DNA from: an uncultured delta proteobacterium
Lineage (GTDB): Bacteria; Myxococcota_A; Polyangia; Polyangiales; Houyiibacteriaceae
DNA: 64,000 nt
Assembly: GCA_963699755.1 (NCBI GenBank)
Contig: CAVOVB010000003.1
Span: forward strand, 1 to 64,000
Reading direction: 5' to 3'
Below the pieces are notes generated by a model. That model made no database searches. It had not been told where the DNA came from and worked only from the letters and a program-made list of their open reading frames with translations. Both the position numbers and the translations under genes were made by a program. Positions 17,970 through 27,945 of this stretch are shown in pieces (within the stretch, counting starts at the first letter, position 1; every line of letters starts with the position of its first letter).

Positions 17970-19058
17970 CTAGGTGCCTTTCTTTTTGCTCGGTGCCCTG
18001 AGGGTGCCATGCGGTGCTGCAGCAGGTTGCAATCCCTCCACTAAACGCAGTTGTGCGCGCGATCCAAGGTGCGCGTAGACGTGCGTACTTTGCTCCGAAC
18101 GATGTCCGAGCTGCGCTTGCACAGCCTTGATGGAGTGCCCGCTCGTCACCGCTTGGCTTGCGACCGAGTGGCGGCCGAGGGCGTGGTGACTGAGTGGTCG
18201 AAGCCCGAGCGCCCGCTGGACGGCGACCATCGGGCGTTTGTAGCTGTCGATGTAGCGAGGAAAGCTCCCGTCCTTGCTGAACAGGAACTCCGGGCCGGCG
18301 TATCTCTGCCGCATATGCCAGCGGATCGCGTCGAGGATATCCTCGGTCACGTCGAGCGAATACGCCTCGTTGTTCTTGCGCGTGACCAGCATGGCCGGCC
18401 GGTCTCTGGTGCCGCGCTGGACCCCCCGGTCGATGATCAACTGGGGTGGGATGTCCCGGAGGCGGCTCCGCGCGATGGCGTAGACCTCCGAGGCGCGAAG
18501 CCCGAGTCGGGCCGAGAGGTAGAAGAAGAGGTACCATTCGGGTTGGAGCTCGAACATACCGGCCAAGAACCGGTCTCGCTCGGACTCCGAGTACCACTTG
18601 GGTGGCTTCTTCGCGGTGCGTTCCGTCGGCACGTAGGGCACTGCGGCCAGCAGCCCCCGTTTCCAACAGAACCGTAGGACAGCTCGCACCAAGGCGAGTC
18701 GATTGTTGACGGATTTGGGTCCGAGCCGGGAGGGAAGGGCGCGCTTGAGCGCGTCCATCGCCGAGGTGTCCACCTCCTCGATGAAGAGGTGCCCGAGCAC
18801 CGGTTGGATCTGCGGCCAGAGATTCGCGTAGGAATCCCGACTGCGATCTTTCATCGTCGTCGCCGACAGGTACTGCTCGTATGCGTCGGCGAATTGGATG
18901 CGCTTGTGACCTGAGATCAAGTCTTCGCGCGCCCTTCGTTCGGCTTCGTGCGCCTCGGCCCTCGTCTTGAAGCCAGCCCTTCGCTGGCGGCGGTAACCTT
19001 GGAGCTTGAAGTCGTATTGCCAAGAGTTGGCTCGCTTTCTAACGGCCATACGGTTCAT
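17970..19058 (-). CDS. int: Tyrosine integrase (start may be 19049)
   Basis: N-terminal arm-binding-like WQYDF..GFKTRAEA; GLRASE, HALGRH, LGH, Y catalytic motifs. Confidence 0.95.
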   Translation of the reverse strand: MNRMAVRKRANSWQYDFKLQGYRRQRRAGFKTRAEAHEAERRAREDLISGHKRIQFADAYEQYLSATTMKDRSRDSYANLWPQIQPVLGHLFIEEVDTSAMDALKRALPSRLGPKSVNNRLALVRAVLRFCWKRGLLAAVPYVPTERTAKKPPKWYSESERDRFLAGMFELQPEWYLFFYLSARLGLRASEVYAIARSRLRDIPPQLIIDRGVQRGTRDRPAMLVTRKNNEAYSLDVTEDILDAIRWHMRQRYAGPEFLFSKDGSFPRYIDSYKRPMVAVQRALGLRPLSHHALGRHSVASQAVTSGHSIKAVQAQLGHRSEQSTHVYAHLGSRAQLRLVEGLQPAAAPHGTLRAPSKKKGT

Positions 19059-19332
19059 TCCTTTCTGCCAGGAACGTCCGCATCGCCATGTCCGGGTTCG
19101 TCAGATAGAGGTCTAACATATCCCGGCGGAACCGGCGTACGCGGGCGCGACCGTAGACCGGAATTTGGCCCGCGGACACGAGATTACGGAGGTGGCCAAT
19201 CGACCATCCGGTGTAGGCCGCCGCTTGGGTGTAAGTGAGCCACGTTGCCGCCGGTTCGGCGTTCTGCGCCGTTCGCAGTTTCGCCGGGACGCCTCCCTGG
19301 CATCCATCGTGATCCGTGATGACCAATCGCAT
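19039..19332 (-). CDS. xis: Excisionase-like HTH protein
   Basis: WLTYTQAAAYTGWSIGHLRNLVSAGQIP..RRFRRDMLD; GGAG RBS; overlaps int start. Confidence 0.85.
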   Translation of the reverse strand: MRLVITDHDGCQGGVPAKLRTAQNAEPAATWLTYTQAAAYTGWSIGHLRNLVSAGQIPVYGRARVRRFRRDMLDLYLTNPDMAMRTFLAERNEPYGR

Positions 19333-19677
19333 GTTCTCCCTGGACTGTGATCGTCGCTGCGCGCCGATCCGCCCATCTCTGTTATCGGTTTTGCCCGTCA
19401 AAAAGTTGCGCGAGCCGGAGAAGTCTTTCGGACCGCGCGCCTTGGAGCACCACGACAGCGATGAGGATGGCGCCGGATGGCACTGTTTGGCGTCGTTCGT
19501 CGTGCGCTGTCGTTTTTCGGCGTCCACTGTCGTTCTTCTGACGCGTTTTGGCGTCGGTTGGCGCCATGTGGCGCGTTTGGTGGCAAGTGCGCCATCGCGC
19601 GACAGCGAGTGTCGCGAAAGTGCCAACCAGTGACTGTTGACGACAAGTAGCGCCGTTCGGCGCCAGATAGGGACCCA

Positions 19678-19792
19678 ACTTGTTGGGGCAAGGCATAGTT
19701 TTGGCAGACACCAAAACTGGTGGCGCCACCTTCTCTCGCTGACCGCGTGGTCGGTCGCGCGAGCTACGCGCTCAACGCCTTCGGCTTATTCG
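19678..19792 (+). repeat. oriT-like module copy 3
   Basis: GGGCAAGGCAT-AGTTTTGG-CAGACA-CCAAAACT and GCGCTCAACGCCTTCGGCTTATTCGC. Confidence 0.8.
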
Positions 19793-19972
19793 CCCGCGTG
19801 GCGCGGCAGATAGTCCACACAAAGAACGTGTCTGCGCTGCGAGCAGCTGGAGAGAACTTCTAGTACCGCGCAACTCGGCGCTGAAAATGGTCCCAACGGG
19901 CTAAGAGGGCCACCGCAAACGCCTTCTATCCGGAAACGGAAAGAGGACAGATGAGGGCCGACCATATGCGGA

Positions 19973-21417
19973 GTGACCGCGAGCTTTACCGATCCGCGCT
20001 CTCCAAATATGCTGATGCGCGTGACCGGTTCAAGGCGTTCGGGGAGGCTCCTCACCTTCGGCATGGCGTTTGCGATCGTGCTCTCGCCGAGTCTGCTGCA
20101 AACTAACGACCTCACCTGTGAGAAGACTGGCGATACGACACTTCTATCGTTGACACTGGAGGCCGATGGCGCAGACCAGATCGCGTTCGACGCAGCCGTG
20201 CGCACCTATCAGGTGAACATGGACACGAGGCTGGGCGTTGTAGTGTTGAGTGCCAGCTCGAACGACCCCGCAGCCGAGGTCTCGTACAACCTCAGCAACT
20301 TCGGTCGGTTCGTCGAAGGGGGTTTCCTCGGAGTTGGCTCCGGCGAGGCCACGGTGGACCTTCCGTTCGGATCATCCGCACTACTGGTCTACGTCAAGGC
20401 GCCGGGAGGTGCCTCCGACTACTACGAGCTGAGCATTGAGCACAGCGTTCAAAGCGCAACGACGATAGTAGTCCGGAGCCCCATGCCCAACGAGCGTTTC
20501 ATCAGCGGTGAAACAGTCGCTCTCGATTCCGTCGTAGTCAGCGATGACCCTCTCGATGGATTGGACCTAGCTTGGTCGTCGAGTCTCGATGGGTCACTGG
20601 GAACCGGAGCGACCCTCGCGGTGGGTCCGCTCTCAGTCGGAGAACACGACATCACAGTCGCAGGCTATGACGCTGCTACCACCACCCGTGTACGCATATT
20701 CTCGGACCTGGGCAGTTTCTACGAGGCCGCTCCGGCTGCGGGTGAAATCGAACGAGTGCGCAATGATTTCACAATCAACAAGATCAGCGGAACTGGCGTC
20801 GACGAGGATTGGCTCCCTTACGAAGGATTGTCGTTCGACCGATCGTCTCCGGATCCCACCGAGCTCGTCGTGATCGCCAAGCTCGACGCCCTCCGCCACC
20901 AACGTTTCGCCGAACCTCCACCATTCACCGGCGGAGCGAGCCTCTATGAGCACCTGAAGAGTCATGTTCACGCGCTCAATCTAAGCCTCGAGTGCCGCAA
21001 CGCCTGGGAATTGGGGGAACCATCCTCTTGGGCCGAACCTCGAGTGTATGGGACAAACGCAGCCAGCCGGCCGACAATCCAGAGCTATGCAAAGAGCCCC
21101 TCCCTGGCGCCCCACTCCAGGAGTACCTATGGGCGCTTGGGGGGATCCTGCACGAAGGAAGGCACAGCGAACCGGACGACCCGGGTCACACCCGTTGCGG
21201 CGGCCGCCCCCGGGATGCAACGCTCGAGAACGGTAGCGGTTACGCGCAAAGCATCCTCTACTACATGTGGGTCTACAAGTACGGCCTCTACGATCCGCCA
21301 GACCTAAGAGACCGCAGCAAGAACCAGGCCCGAATCATGATCACAGCGTTCCTGTGCGAGACCCCAACACACTCGAATCCCCTCGCACAGGCAATCCTAG
21401 ACGAGCTGCTCAACTAG
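19973..21417 (+). pseudogene. Secreted protein (cadherin-like/Ig-like domains), frameshifted near 21010
   Basis: Coherent protein passes from ORF 19973-21307 to ORF 20992-21417 (GILHEGRH) near a G-run; true start uncertain. Confidence 0.65.
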
Positions 21418-21599
21418 GCCGCCGCGACGCTCAAGCCGGGCCGATTCAGGCATGCCGTGGGTTGCTCCTCGTGAGAAGTGCGATTCACGATGCCCGAGGG
21501 CCGGCCGATACGTGTCAATGACTTTGAGACACTCCGGTCTCGAGTTTAGTGAAGCTTGATCTCGCTCCTGGTCTTGTCCTCCGGGGCGCGAAATGCGGA

Positions 21600-21830
21600 G
21601 GTGATGAAAGATCCGCGGGTTCCCTGTCTGGCACACAATCTCTCGGATCCGATGGTCGTAGCTACGACGGCTTCGGAGGGGCTGCGACATGGCTCCGAGT
21701 CTGGCACACTGGTCCCGTCCGAGCTAGCTTGAGTTTTGGAGGCAGGGGAGGGCGATTTCGCCTTTGATTGCCGGGGTGTTGCAGTTGCGAACAGGGGTCT
21801 TGTGAATGTCTGCGGACCTAGCAGGGCAAA
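21600..21830 (-). mobile_element. 5'-end remnant of DDE transposase element
   Basis: MSQPLRSRRSYDHRIREIVC matches 35938 start. Confidence 0.8.
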
Positions 21831-21953
21831 CACCTACCACCATGTCTCGCGATGGATGAAATCGTGACCCGGATTGAACGCCACGAAGCCCTGAATGCGG
21901 CACGACGCGCACCGGTGGCTCTCGGGCGCTCGTCCGACTACACTATCGACCGT

Positions 21954-22175
21954 ATGACTGAGTATGAGTTCACCGTGGTCATTGAGCGGGACGAAGATGG
22001 ACGCTTCCTGGTCATTTGTCCGGGTCTTCAGGGTTGTTACACCGAGGGCGAGACGGAAGCCGAGGCGCGCGCGCTGATCGAAGACGCCATCAAGCTTCAC
22101 GTCGAAGACAGGATCGCCAATGGTGAGCCTATCTACCAGGAGCACGGAACGACGAAGGTGCGAGTCGCCGTTTGA
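21954..22175 (+). CDS. hicB: HicB antitoxin (short form)
   Basis: FTVVIERDEDG..CPGLQGCYTEGET..EA. Confidence 0.9.
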   Translation: MTEYEFTVVIERDEDGRFLVICPGLQGCYTEGETEAEARALIEDAIKLHVEDRIANGEPIYQEHGTTKVRVAV

Positions 22176-22390
22176 GCCCGCGTCTTCCGACAATCACTGC
22201 CAAGAAGCTTTTGCGCGTGCTTGCCGCGCACGGTTTCGAGCAGGTCCGGCAATCTGGGAGCCACGTTGTGTTGAAGCACGCCGACGGTCGGCGCACAACC
22301 GTACCCGTCCATGGCGGCCGGGATCTGGGCAAGGGTCTCCTGCGACAAATCCTGCGTGATACCGGGCTAAGCGCGGACGACATAGCTTAG
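22172..22390 (+). CDS. hicA: HicA toxin
   Basis: GFEQVRQSGSHVVLKH..TTVPVH..DLGKGLLRQIL. Confidence 0.92.
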   Translation: MSPRLPTITAKKLLRVLAAHGFEQVRQSGSHVVLKHADGRRTTVPVHGGRDLGKGLLRQILRDTGLSADDIA

Positions 22391-22584
22391 TCGTTGGCAG
22401 ATCGTCGCAGCCGATCAGCGCGGTGACCACCGACTGCACCTACGACGAACTCCGACGCCACAAGCGCGTCACCGAGCCGGGACACACATCCACTACGTGC
22501 ACGATCAACACGCATTCGAAACTGCCCCACCCCCGAACTTGGGTGCCGATCCAAGCGGGTGAGCTGATAGCGCTCAAGCGCACC

Positions 22585-22778
22585 CGGTGACCTGACGGTG
22601 CCTTAACGATCTGAAATCGAATGATATGAAGTGACGAACCGTGAACATTGCCACGGGACTAACGCCTGGTCTTTGTTGAGGTTTCGGAGTGATTTCCGTC
22701 GGTTGTGTTGGTACACGAAACCGGGCCTTTGTGAGCTCATAGCCCGAAGGTCGTCGGTTCAAATCCGGCCCCCGCAAC
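22585..22778 (+). repeat. Tyrosine-type attR: arm B + tRNA-Met 3' half (22735-22778)
   Basis: CGGTGAC/CGGTGCC repeats, GATCTGAAATCGAATG, then GCTCATAGCCCGAAGGTCGTCGGTTCAAATCCGGCCCCCGCAAC. Confidence 0.9.
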
Positions 22779-23011
22779 TAAGAAAGTCAGGCGCTTAGCG
22801 AAACCGGAGCTCCCGAAAGAGAAACAGACGACCCTCGGGCTGTTGGAGCAAGCGGCGGAGAGCGATGCTGCCCCGAGGAGTGCGACGGAAAGGAAGCCGT
22901 TTCTCATAGTCGCGCGAACACTAGCGCCTCGTGGCGATCGCAGCCACACTACGATTCGGATGGCACGTCCATCGCGACCGACTTGGGTCTAGTCCTTCCT
23001 AGGGAGGTGCC

Positions 23012-25195
23012 ATGCACTTGACTCGCATCCGGATTCTGTCCCTTTTCCTTCGAAACGCTGCGACTTGGGTCGTGCTCGCAGCGACGGCAGCGCTGCTCGC
23101 TGCCTGCACCAGCGACGCGACGCAGTCGGCCGCCAACAGCGTCACGAACGATAGTGGACGCGTCCTCGTGTCGAGCGACCCCTTTGCACTAACGGTGGAG
23201 GACGGCGAGGGCAACGTCGTGTTGACGACGCTCGCGCGCACCGAGATGGTGGGTGGGACCGCGTACGCCCCTATCGGCTTCGTCACCGGTGACGACCCCG
23301 AGCTTCGCTATCCGGTGCTGCAAGGCCTCGGCGCGACGCCAGATCCCAACCCGCCGAATCCGGTGGACCCGAGCTACTACACGGCGACCGGCGTCCGTAG
23401 CTCGAGCAATGACGGCGAAGCGCTCGTCGTGGTGCTCGAAACCGACGATCCGCAGGGGCGCACCATTGAGCTTCGCGTCGCGCCGGACGACGCGGGGACA
23501 CTCGCGGTGGCAGCGTCCGTTGGCAACGCCGATGGCGTCTCGGCGGTGTTCGCGAGCTTCGCCTCGTCCGAGGGCGAGGCGTTCCACGGCTTTGGCGGCC
23601 GCCGAGAGAGCACTGACTTGAGAGGCGAGTCGTTTCAGAACTGGGTGCTCGACTATCGCTTTCCTGATGTGACGACGGCCTACTATTACACCCAGCCGCT
23701 CTTCGTCTCATCTTCGCGCTACGGCTTCTTTCTCGACACCGATGCCATGGCGAGCTGGCGGCTCGCCTCGGATGCCGAGGACGCGTGGCGGGTCATCGTG
23801 GCAGGGGCCGAGCTCGTCGCAGTGCTCGCGCCCGGTGACCCCGCCGAGGCCATCGGCCGAATCACGAGCATCACAGGCCGCCATCGCGTCGCACCGTCGT
23901 GGAGCATCGGGCCGATGTTGTCGCGCACCTATCAGACCGGTCTGAACCCGGAGAGCGCCGAGAGCTACCGCGCCAGGATGGAAGATGACCTCGCGCAGAT
24001 CGCGTCGCGGGATCTCGGCGTCGAATCCTACGCATTCGAGGGTTGGGCGGCCCAGCCTCGGGACTTCGTCACGGAGGTCATCGACGGATTGGCCGAGGAC
24101 GGCCTTCACGCGGTCCTCTACATCCGCTCCTTCGTTTCGGCGGATTTGCCCTCGTTCTTGCCGACCGGGCTCTACGATGAAGCCATCGAGAACGGCTATG
24201 TCGCGACGGACGAAGACGGCGAGCCGTACCTTTTCCCGAGTCCGTTCAACGCCAGCGCCGACGCCGCCGTCATCGACTTCACCAACCCCGATGCGTGGGA
24301 TTGGTGGAAAGCGCAAGTGAACGAGATGCTCGAGCTCGGCGCCGACGGCTTCATGGACGACTTCGGCGAGCAGGTGGATCCGCACATGGTCTTCTTCGAC
24401 GGAAGCACAGGCGCGACCATGCACAACCGCATCTCTGCGCTTCAGCACGAAGCAACGCGCGAAGCGATCGACGACTTTCTGGTCGACAAGCCGGAGCGCG
24501 AGATCTTCTTCTTCTCGCGAGCGGGCTACAGCGGTCGGCCGGGCGCGGCGGCATACGAGAATGCGACATTCCCGGGAGACGAGTCGGTCGGCTGGAGCCC
24601 CGAGACGGGCTTGCCTTCGATCGTCCCGGACATGTTGAACCGCGCGGTCGGCGGCCTGCACGGCTTCACGACCGACATCGGCGGCTACGCGGACTGGGTC
24701 GGGCTACCCGGCACGACCAAGGAGCTCTACGTACGTTGGTCGCAAGCTGCGGTGTTCACCACACACTTCCGCGTGCACGGCTCCGCCTTGAACGGCGTGC
24801 GCATGCCGTGGTTTTGGGAGCCCGATGACCCCGAGCCCAAGGCGCAGGCCCTTTGGAAGGCGGCCGCCGACCTCCACGTTCGTGCGCGCCCCTTGATCCT
24901 GGAGCTCTGGCAAGAAGCGGCCGACACCGGGATGCCGATTACGCGGCCGATGTGGCTGCACGATTCAGAGGCAGAAGGCAACCCGCACAACGACGACCAA
25001 TGGATGCTCGGCCCCGACCTGCTGGCAGCGCCTGTCCTCGAAGAGGGCGCGACCGAGCGCGAGGTCTGGCTCCCCGAGGGTTGCTGGAAGCTTCACGGCG
25101 AGGGACAGGAGCTAGATGGTCACGCGACCCTGACCGTGGACGCGCCCCTCGATCTGCTACCATGGTTTGCACGCTGCGGGAAGACGCCGATCTAG
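23012..25195 (+). CDS. GH31 glycosidase lipoprotein
   Basis: IDFTNP.A..WW, GFMDDFGE, DIGGY, ELYVRW, QWMLG.DLL.APV. Confidence 0.92.
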   Translation: MHLTRIRILSLFLRNAATWVVLAATAALLAACTSDATQSAANSVTNDSGRVLVSSDPFALTVEDGEGNVVLTTLARTEMVGGTAYAPIGFVTGDDPELRYPVLQGLGATPDPNPPNPVDPSYYTATGVRSSSNDGEALVVVLETDDPQGRTIELRVAPDDAGTLAVAASVGNADGVSAVFASFASSEGEAFHGFGGRRESTDLRGESFQNWVLDYRFPDVTTAYYYTQPLFVSSSRYGFFLDTDAMASWRLASDAEDAWRVIVAGAELVAVLAPGDPAEAIGRITSITGRHRVAPSWSIGPMLSRTYQTGLNPESAESYRARMEDDLAQIASRDLGVESYAFEGWAAQPRDFVTEVIDGLAEDGLHAVLYIRSFVSADLPSFLPTGLYDEAIENGYVATDEDGEPYLFPSPFNASADAAVIDFTNPDAWDWWKAQVNEMLELGADGFMDDFGEQVDPHMVFFDGSTGATMHNRISALQHEATREAIDDFLVDKPEREIFFFSRAGYSGRPGAAAYENATFPGDESVGWSPETGLPSIVPDMLNRAVGGLHGFTTDIGGYADWVGLPGTTKELYVRWSQAAVFTTHFRVHGSALNGVRMPWFWEPDDPEPKAQALWKAAADLHVRARPLILELWQEAADTGMPITRPMWLHDSEAEGNPHNDDQWMLGPDLLAAPVLEEGATEREVWLPEGCWKLHGEGQELDGHATLTVDAPLDLLPWFARCGKTPI

Positions 25196-25484
25196 GCATC
25201 GCTACTCGGGTTGCAGGCTGCGGGTCGCGTCGCTCAGTTGGCGCAGGCACTCGTCCTGCTTCATCGACTGACTCGCCTTCGATGGTCGCGCGCTCGCCCG
25301 TCAATCCATCTGGCAACGCGATTGTCCACTGCGATGCGCGCACGACTCGGTTCTCGCCCAAGCAGCGCGATGTGGGGCGCCGGCTACAGCCAGCTATCTG
25401 TGGACCGTGTGGTTGCGAGCCGTTGAGCAGAGGCGGTTTTCTCGAGCTCTGAATCGTTCGAGATTCCGGGGGTAGACAAAAGCC

Positions 25485-25678
25485 CGGTGACACGAGGGCG
25501 CCTTAAAGATCTGAAATCGAATGATGTGGAGTGACGACCCGTGAACATGGCGAAGGAACTAAAGCCTGACCTTCATTGTGGTTTCTGAGCGATTTCGATT
25601 GCTTGTGTCGATGCTTGGAAACCGGGTTCTTGAGCTCATAGCCCGAAGGTTGTCGGTTCAAATCCGGCCCCCGCAACC
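25485..25678 (+). repeat. Tyrosine-type attR: arm B + tRNA 3' half (25634-25678)
   Basis: Homologous to 22585-22778. Confidence 0.9.
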
Positions 25679-25686
25679 GCGAAAAC

Positions 25687-25716
25687 GCCCGCCGAGTATT
25701 CGGCGGGCTTTCTTTT
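25687..25716 (+). terminator. Rho-independent terminator
   Basis: GCCCGCCGA-GTAT-TCGGCGGGC-TTTCTTTT. Confidence 0.8.
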
Positions 25717-25810
25717 CGCGTCTGCGGGGGCCGGATTCAGCTGATTAGCAATCGAACAGCTCCACGGACTCGCGTCCGCTCCGCCACGTTCGATTGCACA
25801 ATGCAGAGGG

Positions 25811-25924
25811 CAAATCCGGCCCCCGCAACCCATGTGCCCGGAATGAAGTGCTACCTATCTCTCAGGAAGCACATTGACCGCTCTTCAAGGCCCTCGGTTT
25901 TCACCGGGGGCTTTGTCGTTCCGA
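25811..25924 (+). repeat. tRNA end + LSR left-arm remnant with 36-bp insertion
   Basis: Matches 1-74 except insertion; same as 32360-32465. Confidence 0.85.
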
Positions 25925-26113
25925 CGATGACCTGCGGCAAAGACAAAGTGGAGCATCGGGGTAGGTGAGCTTGTCCCCAAGCGTGGAAACGTCGCCGATT
26001 GTGGGGCCGACGAGGTCTTGAGGAGGCACAACGATTCGCGCGAGCTCCGTGTCGTTGCAGCAAGGGGTGCCCTCGGTGCAAGCTGCGGCAGCAATTCACT
26101 CGGGGGTACTCTG

Positions 26114-27088
26114 ATGATGCTGCTCGACTTGCTGCTGGTGCTCGCAGGCCTCGTATTGCTCGTGGGCGGTGCCGAATCACTCGTACGCGGCGCAAGCGGC
26201 ATCGCGCTGCTTGCACGAGTTCCACCGGCGGTCGTGGGACTCACCATCGTCGCAGCCGGGACCTCGACGCCCGAGTTGGTGGTGTCGGTGCAGGCGGCCC
26301 TCGAGGGGAGCCCGGGCCTCTCCATGGGCAACGTGGTCGGCTCCAACATATTCAACATAGGTTTCATCGTTGGACTGGCTGCGTTGCTTTGCCCTCTCCG
26401 CGTCTTGGGCAACACGGTCCGGTTCGAATGGCCCGTCATGATGCTCGCGGCGGTCCTGCTCCATCTGCTCGCACGCGATTCGGTCGTCGATCGATGGGAG
26501 AGCGGTTTCCTGTTCATGTGCATGGTCGCGTTCACGGCATATGCAATCTGGCTCGGACGAAAAGGGGTGGCCGCCGTCGAGCAAACTGAATTCGCGCAAC
26601 TGACGACCGCGTCCTTTGGTCGGTCGGGAAAGGCGGCGACCGGCCTCAACGTCGCGGCGGTCGCTGCGGGGGTCGGATTGCTGGGAGCAGGCTCTGCGGC
26701 CCTGGTGCGCGGAGCGGTCGGGGCGGCCAGCTCGCTCGGTGTCTCGGATGCGGTCATTGGCCTCACCATCGTGGCGGCAGGCACGAGCATGCCAGAGCTC
26801 GCGACCTCCCTCGTGGCGGCACGCAGGGGGCAAGACGACATCGCAGTCGGCAATGTGGTGGGCTCGAACATCTTCAACGTGCTCGGGATCATTGGCATCG
26901 TCGGGTTGATTCGCCCGTTGCCAGTCCCACGGGAAATCATCGCATGGGACAACTGGTGGATGCTGGGTGCATCCGCGCTCTTGTTCCCGTTGATGAGGAC
27001 GGACATGACGATCAAGCGCATCGAAGGCGCCTTGCTACTGGCGGGGTTTGCCATGTACGTGGTTCTCCTGATCCTTCGGTCCATATGA
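26114..27088 (+). CDS. Ca2+/Na+ antiporter (YrbG family)
   Basis: Two GTS.PE / [10 protein letters not shown] repeats. Confidence 0.95.
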   Translation: MMLLDLLLVLAGLVLLVGGAESLVRGASGIALLARVPPAVVGLTIVAAGTSTPELVVSVQAALEGSPGLSMGNVVGSNIFNIGFIVGLAALLCPLRVLGNTVRFEWPVMMLAAVLLHLLARDSVVDRWESGFLFMCMVAFTAYAIWLGRKGVAAVEQTEFAQLTTASFGRSGKAATGLNVAAVAAGVGLLGAGSAALVRGAVGAASSLGVSDAVIGLTIVAAGTSMPELATSLVAARRGQDDIAVGNVVGSNIFNVLGIIGIVGLIRPLPVPREIIAWDNWWMLGASALLFPLMRTDMTIKRIEGALLLAGFAMYVVLLILRSI

Positions 27089-27160
27089 ACCACCTCAGTG
27101 GTTCAGCATGAACACCCTCATGAACCTGCTGTCTTGGTCATCACGGCCGCTCTCGCGCCG

Positions 27161-27424
27161 CTAACCCCGCGTGAAGTAGCCGTATAGAACCAGCAAGACG
27201 AGCGGGATCGTCAACCACAACAGGGGCCAAAGCGCGCTCACCTGACGCAGCTTGGAGGGGTCGCTCCAGCCGTCGGCCCAGCCCCGGCCGTGCGGGTCTG
27301 CCGCTGTGGGTTGGGGTACCGGCGCAATCGGCTCACTTGGAGCGACGGCGGCTTCTGGCATTGGCGCCAGGGGGACATCGGCTGTGCTGGTAACTGAACT
27401 GCTTTTCAAATTCGTACGCATCAT
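27161..27424 (-). CDS. Small membrane-anchored hypothetical protein
   Basis: GGAGG RBS; C-terminal TM helix. Confidence 0.5.
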   Translation of the reverse strand: MMRTNLKSSSVTSTADVPLAPMPEAAVAPSEPIAPVPQPTAADPHGRGWADGWSDPSKLRQVSALWPLLWLTIPLVLLVLYGYFTRG

Positions 27425-27945
27425 AAATTCCTCCATTCGCCAGCCAACTCGGATGGCGATTCTTCGAACAGACCCGGACGTTCAGGACAGAGAACGAGGT
27501 CGTTCGGGAGGTTCGCCGCTCGAATGCGCGACTCTTGCACCCCGGCAAGTCAGCCGTATCGCTGGGCGCTGGTCCGAAATCACGCGGTGGCGTCGGTGAG
27601 ATGCCGACGGAGTCGACACACAACTCGCATGTTGATCGAACACGGTCTCTGGGCGCTCGAAAGCTCCCGAGTTGTCCGATCTCTGCGGGAGACGGACCTC
27701 CGAAGCTGGCGTTGCTTGCGGGGCAGCCAACAGCAGGGCCGATCTCACCTTCGCGGCACCGCGTTCCAATCGGGGGACTGGCTGGTGTGGCGAGAGGCAC
27801 AGAACCGCATAACCGGACGCGCCAACGATCAGAACCGTCACCACAAACAGCCGAAACACCGACCGCATCGCCTAAAGATGGATCCGGGCCTGCTCTTTGG
27901 CAAGTTAGCTCCCCGGCAGACCCGCTGGATTGCGCCGGTGCCTAC

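Larger units (their letters stand above)
17930..22778. mobile_element. ~4.85-kb tyrosine-integrase element: int-xis-oriT-like-cargo-hicBA-attR
   Basis: tRNA core at both ends; right end carries arm B plus tRNA 3' half. Confidence 0.85.

Noticed and set aside
22735..22778. Functional tRNA genes at 22735, 25634, 45411
   Set aside because: Only 3' halves; 5' acceptor strand and D-arm are absent.
17970..22778. Prophage or phage satellite
   Set aside because: No capsid, terminase, primase or replication genes.
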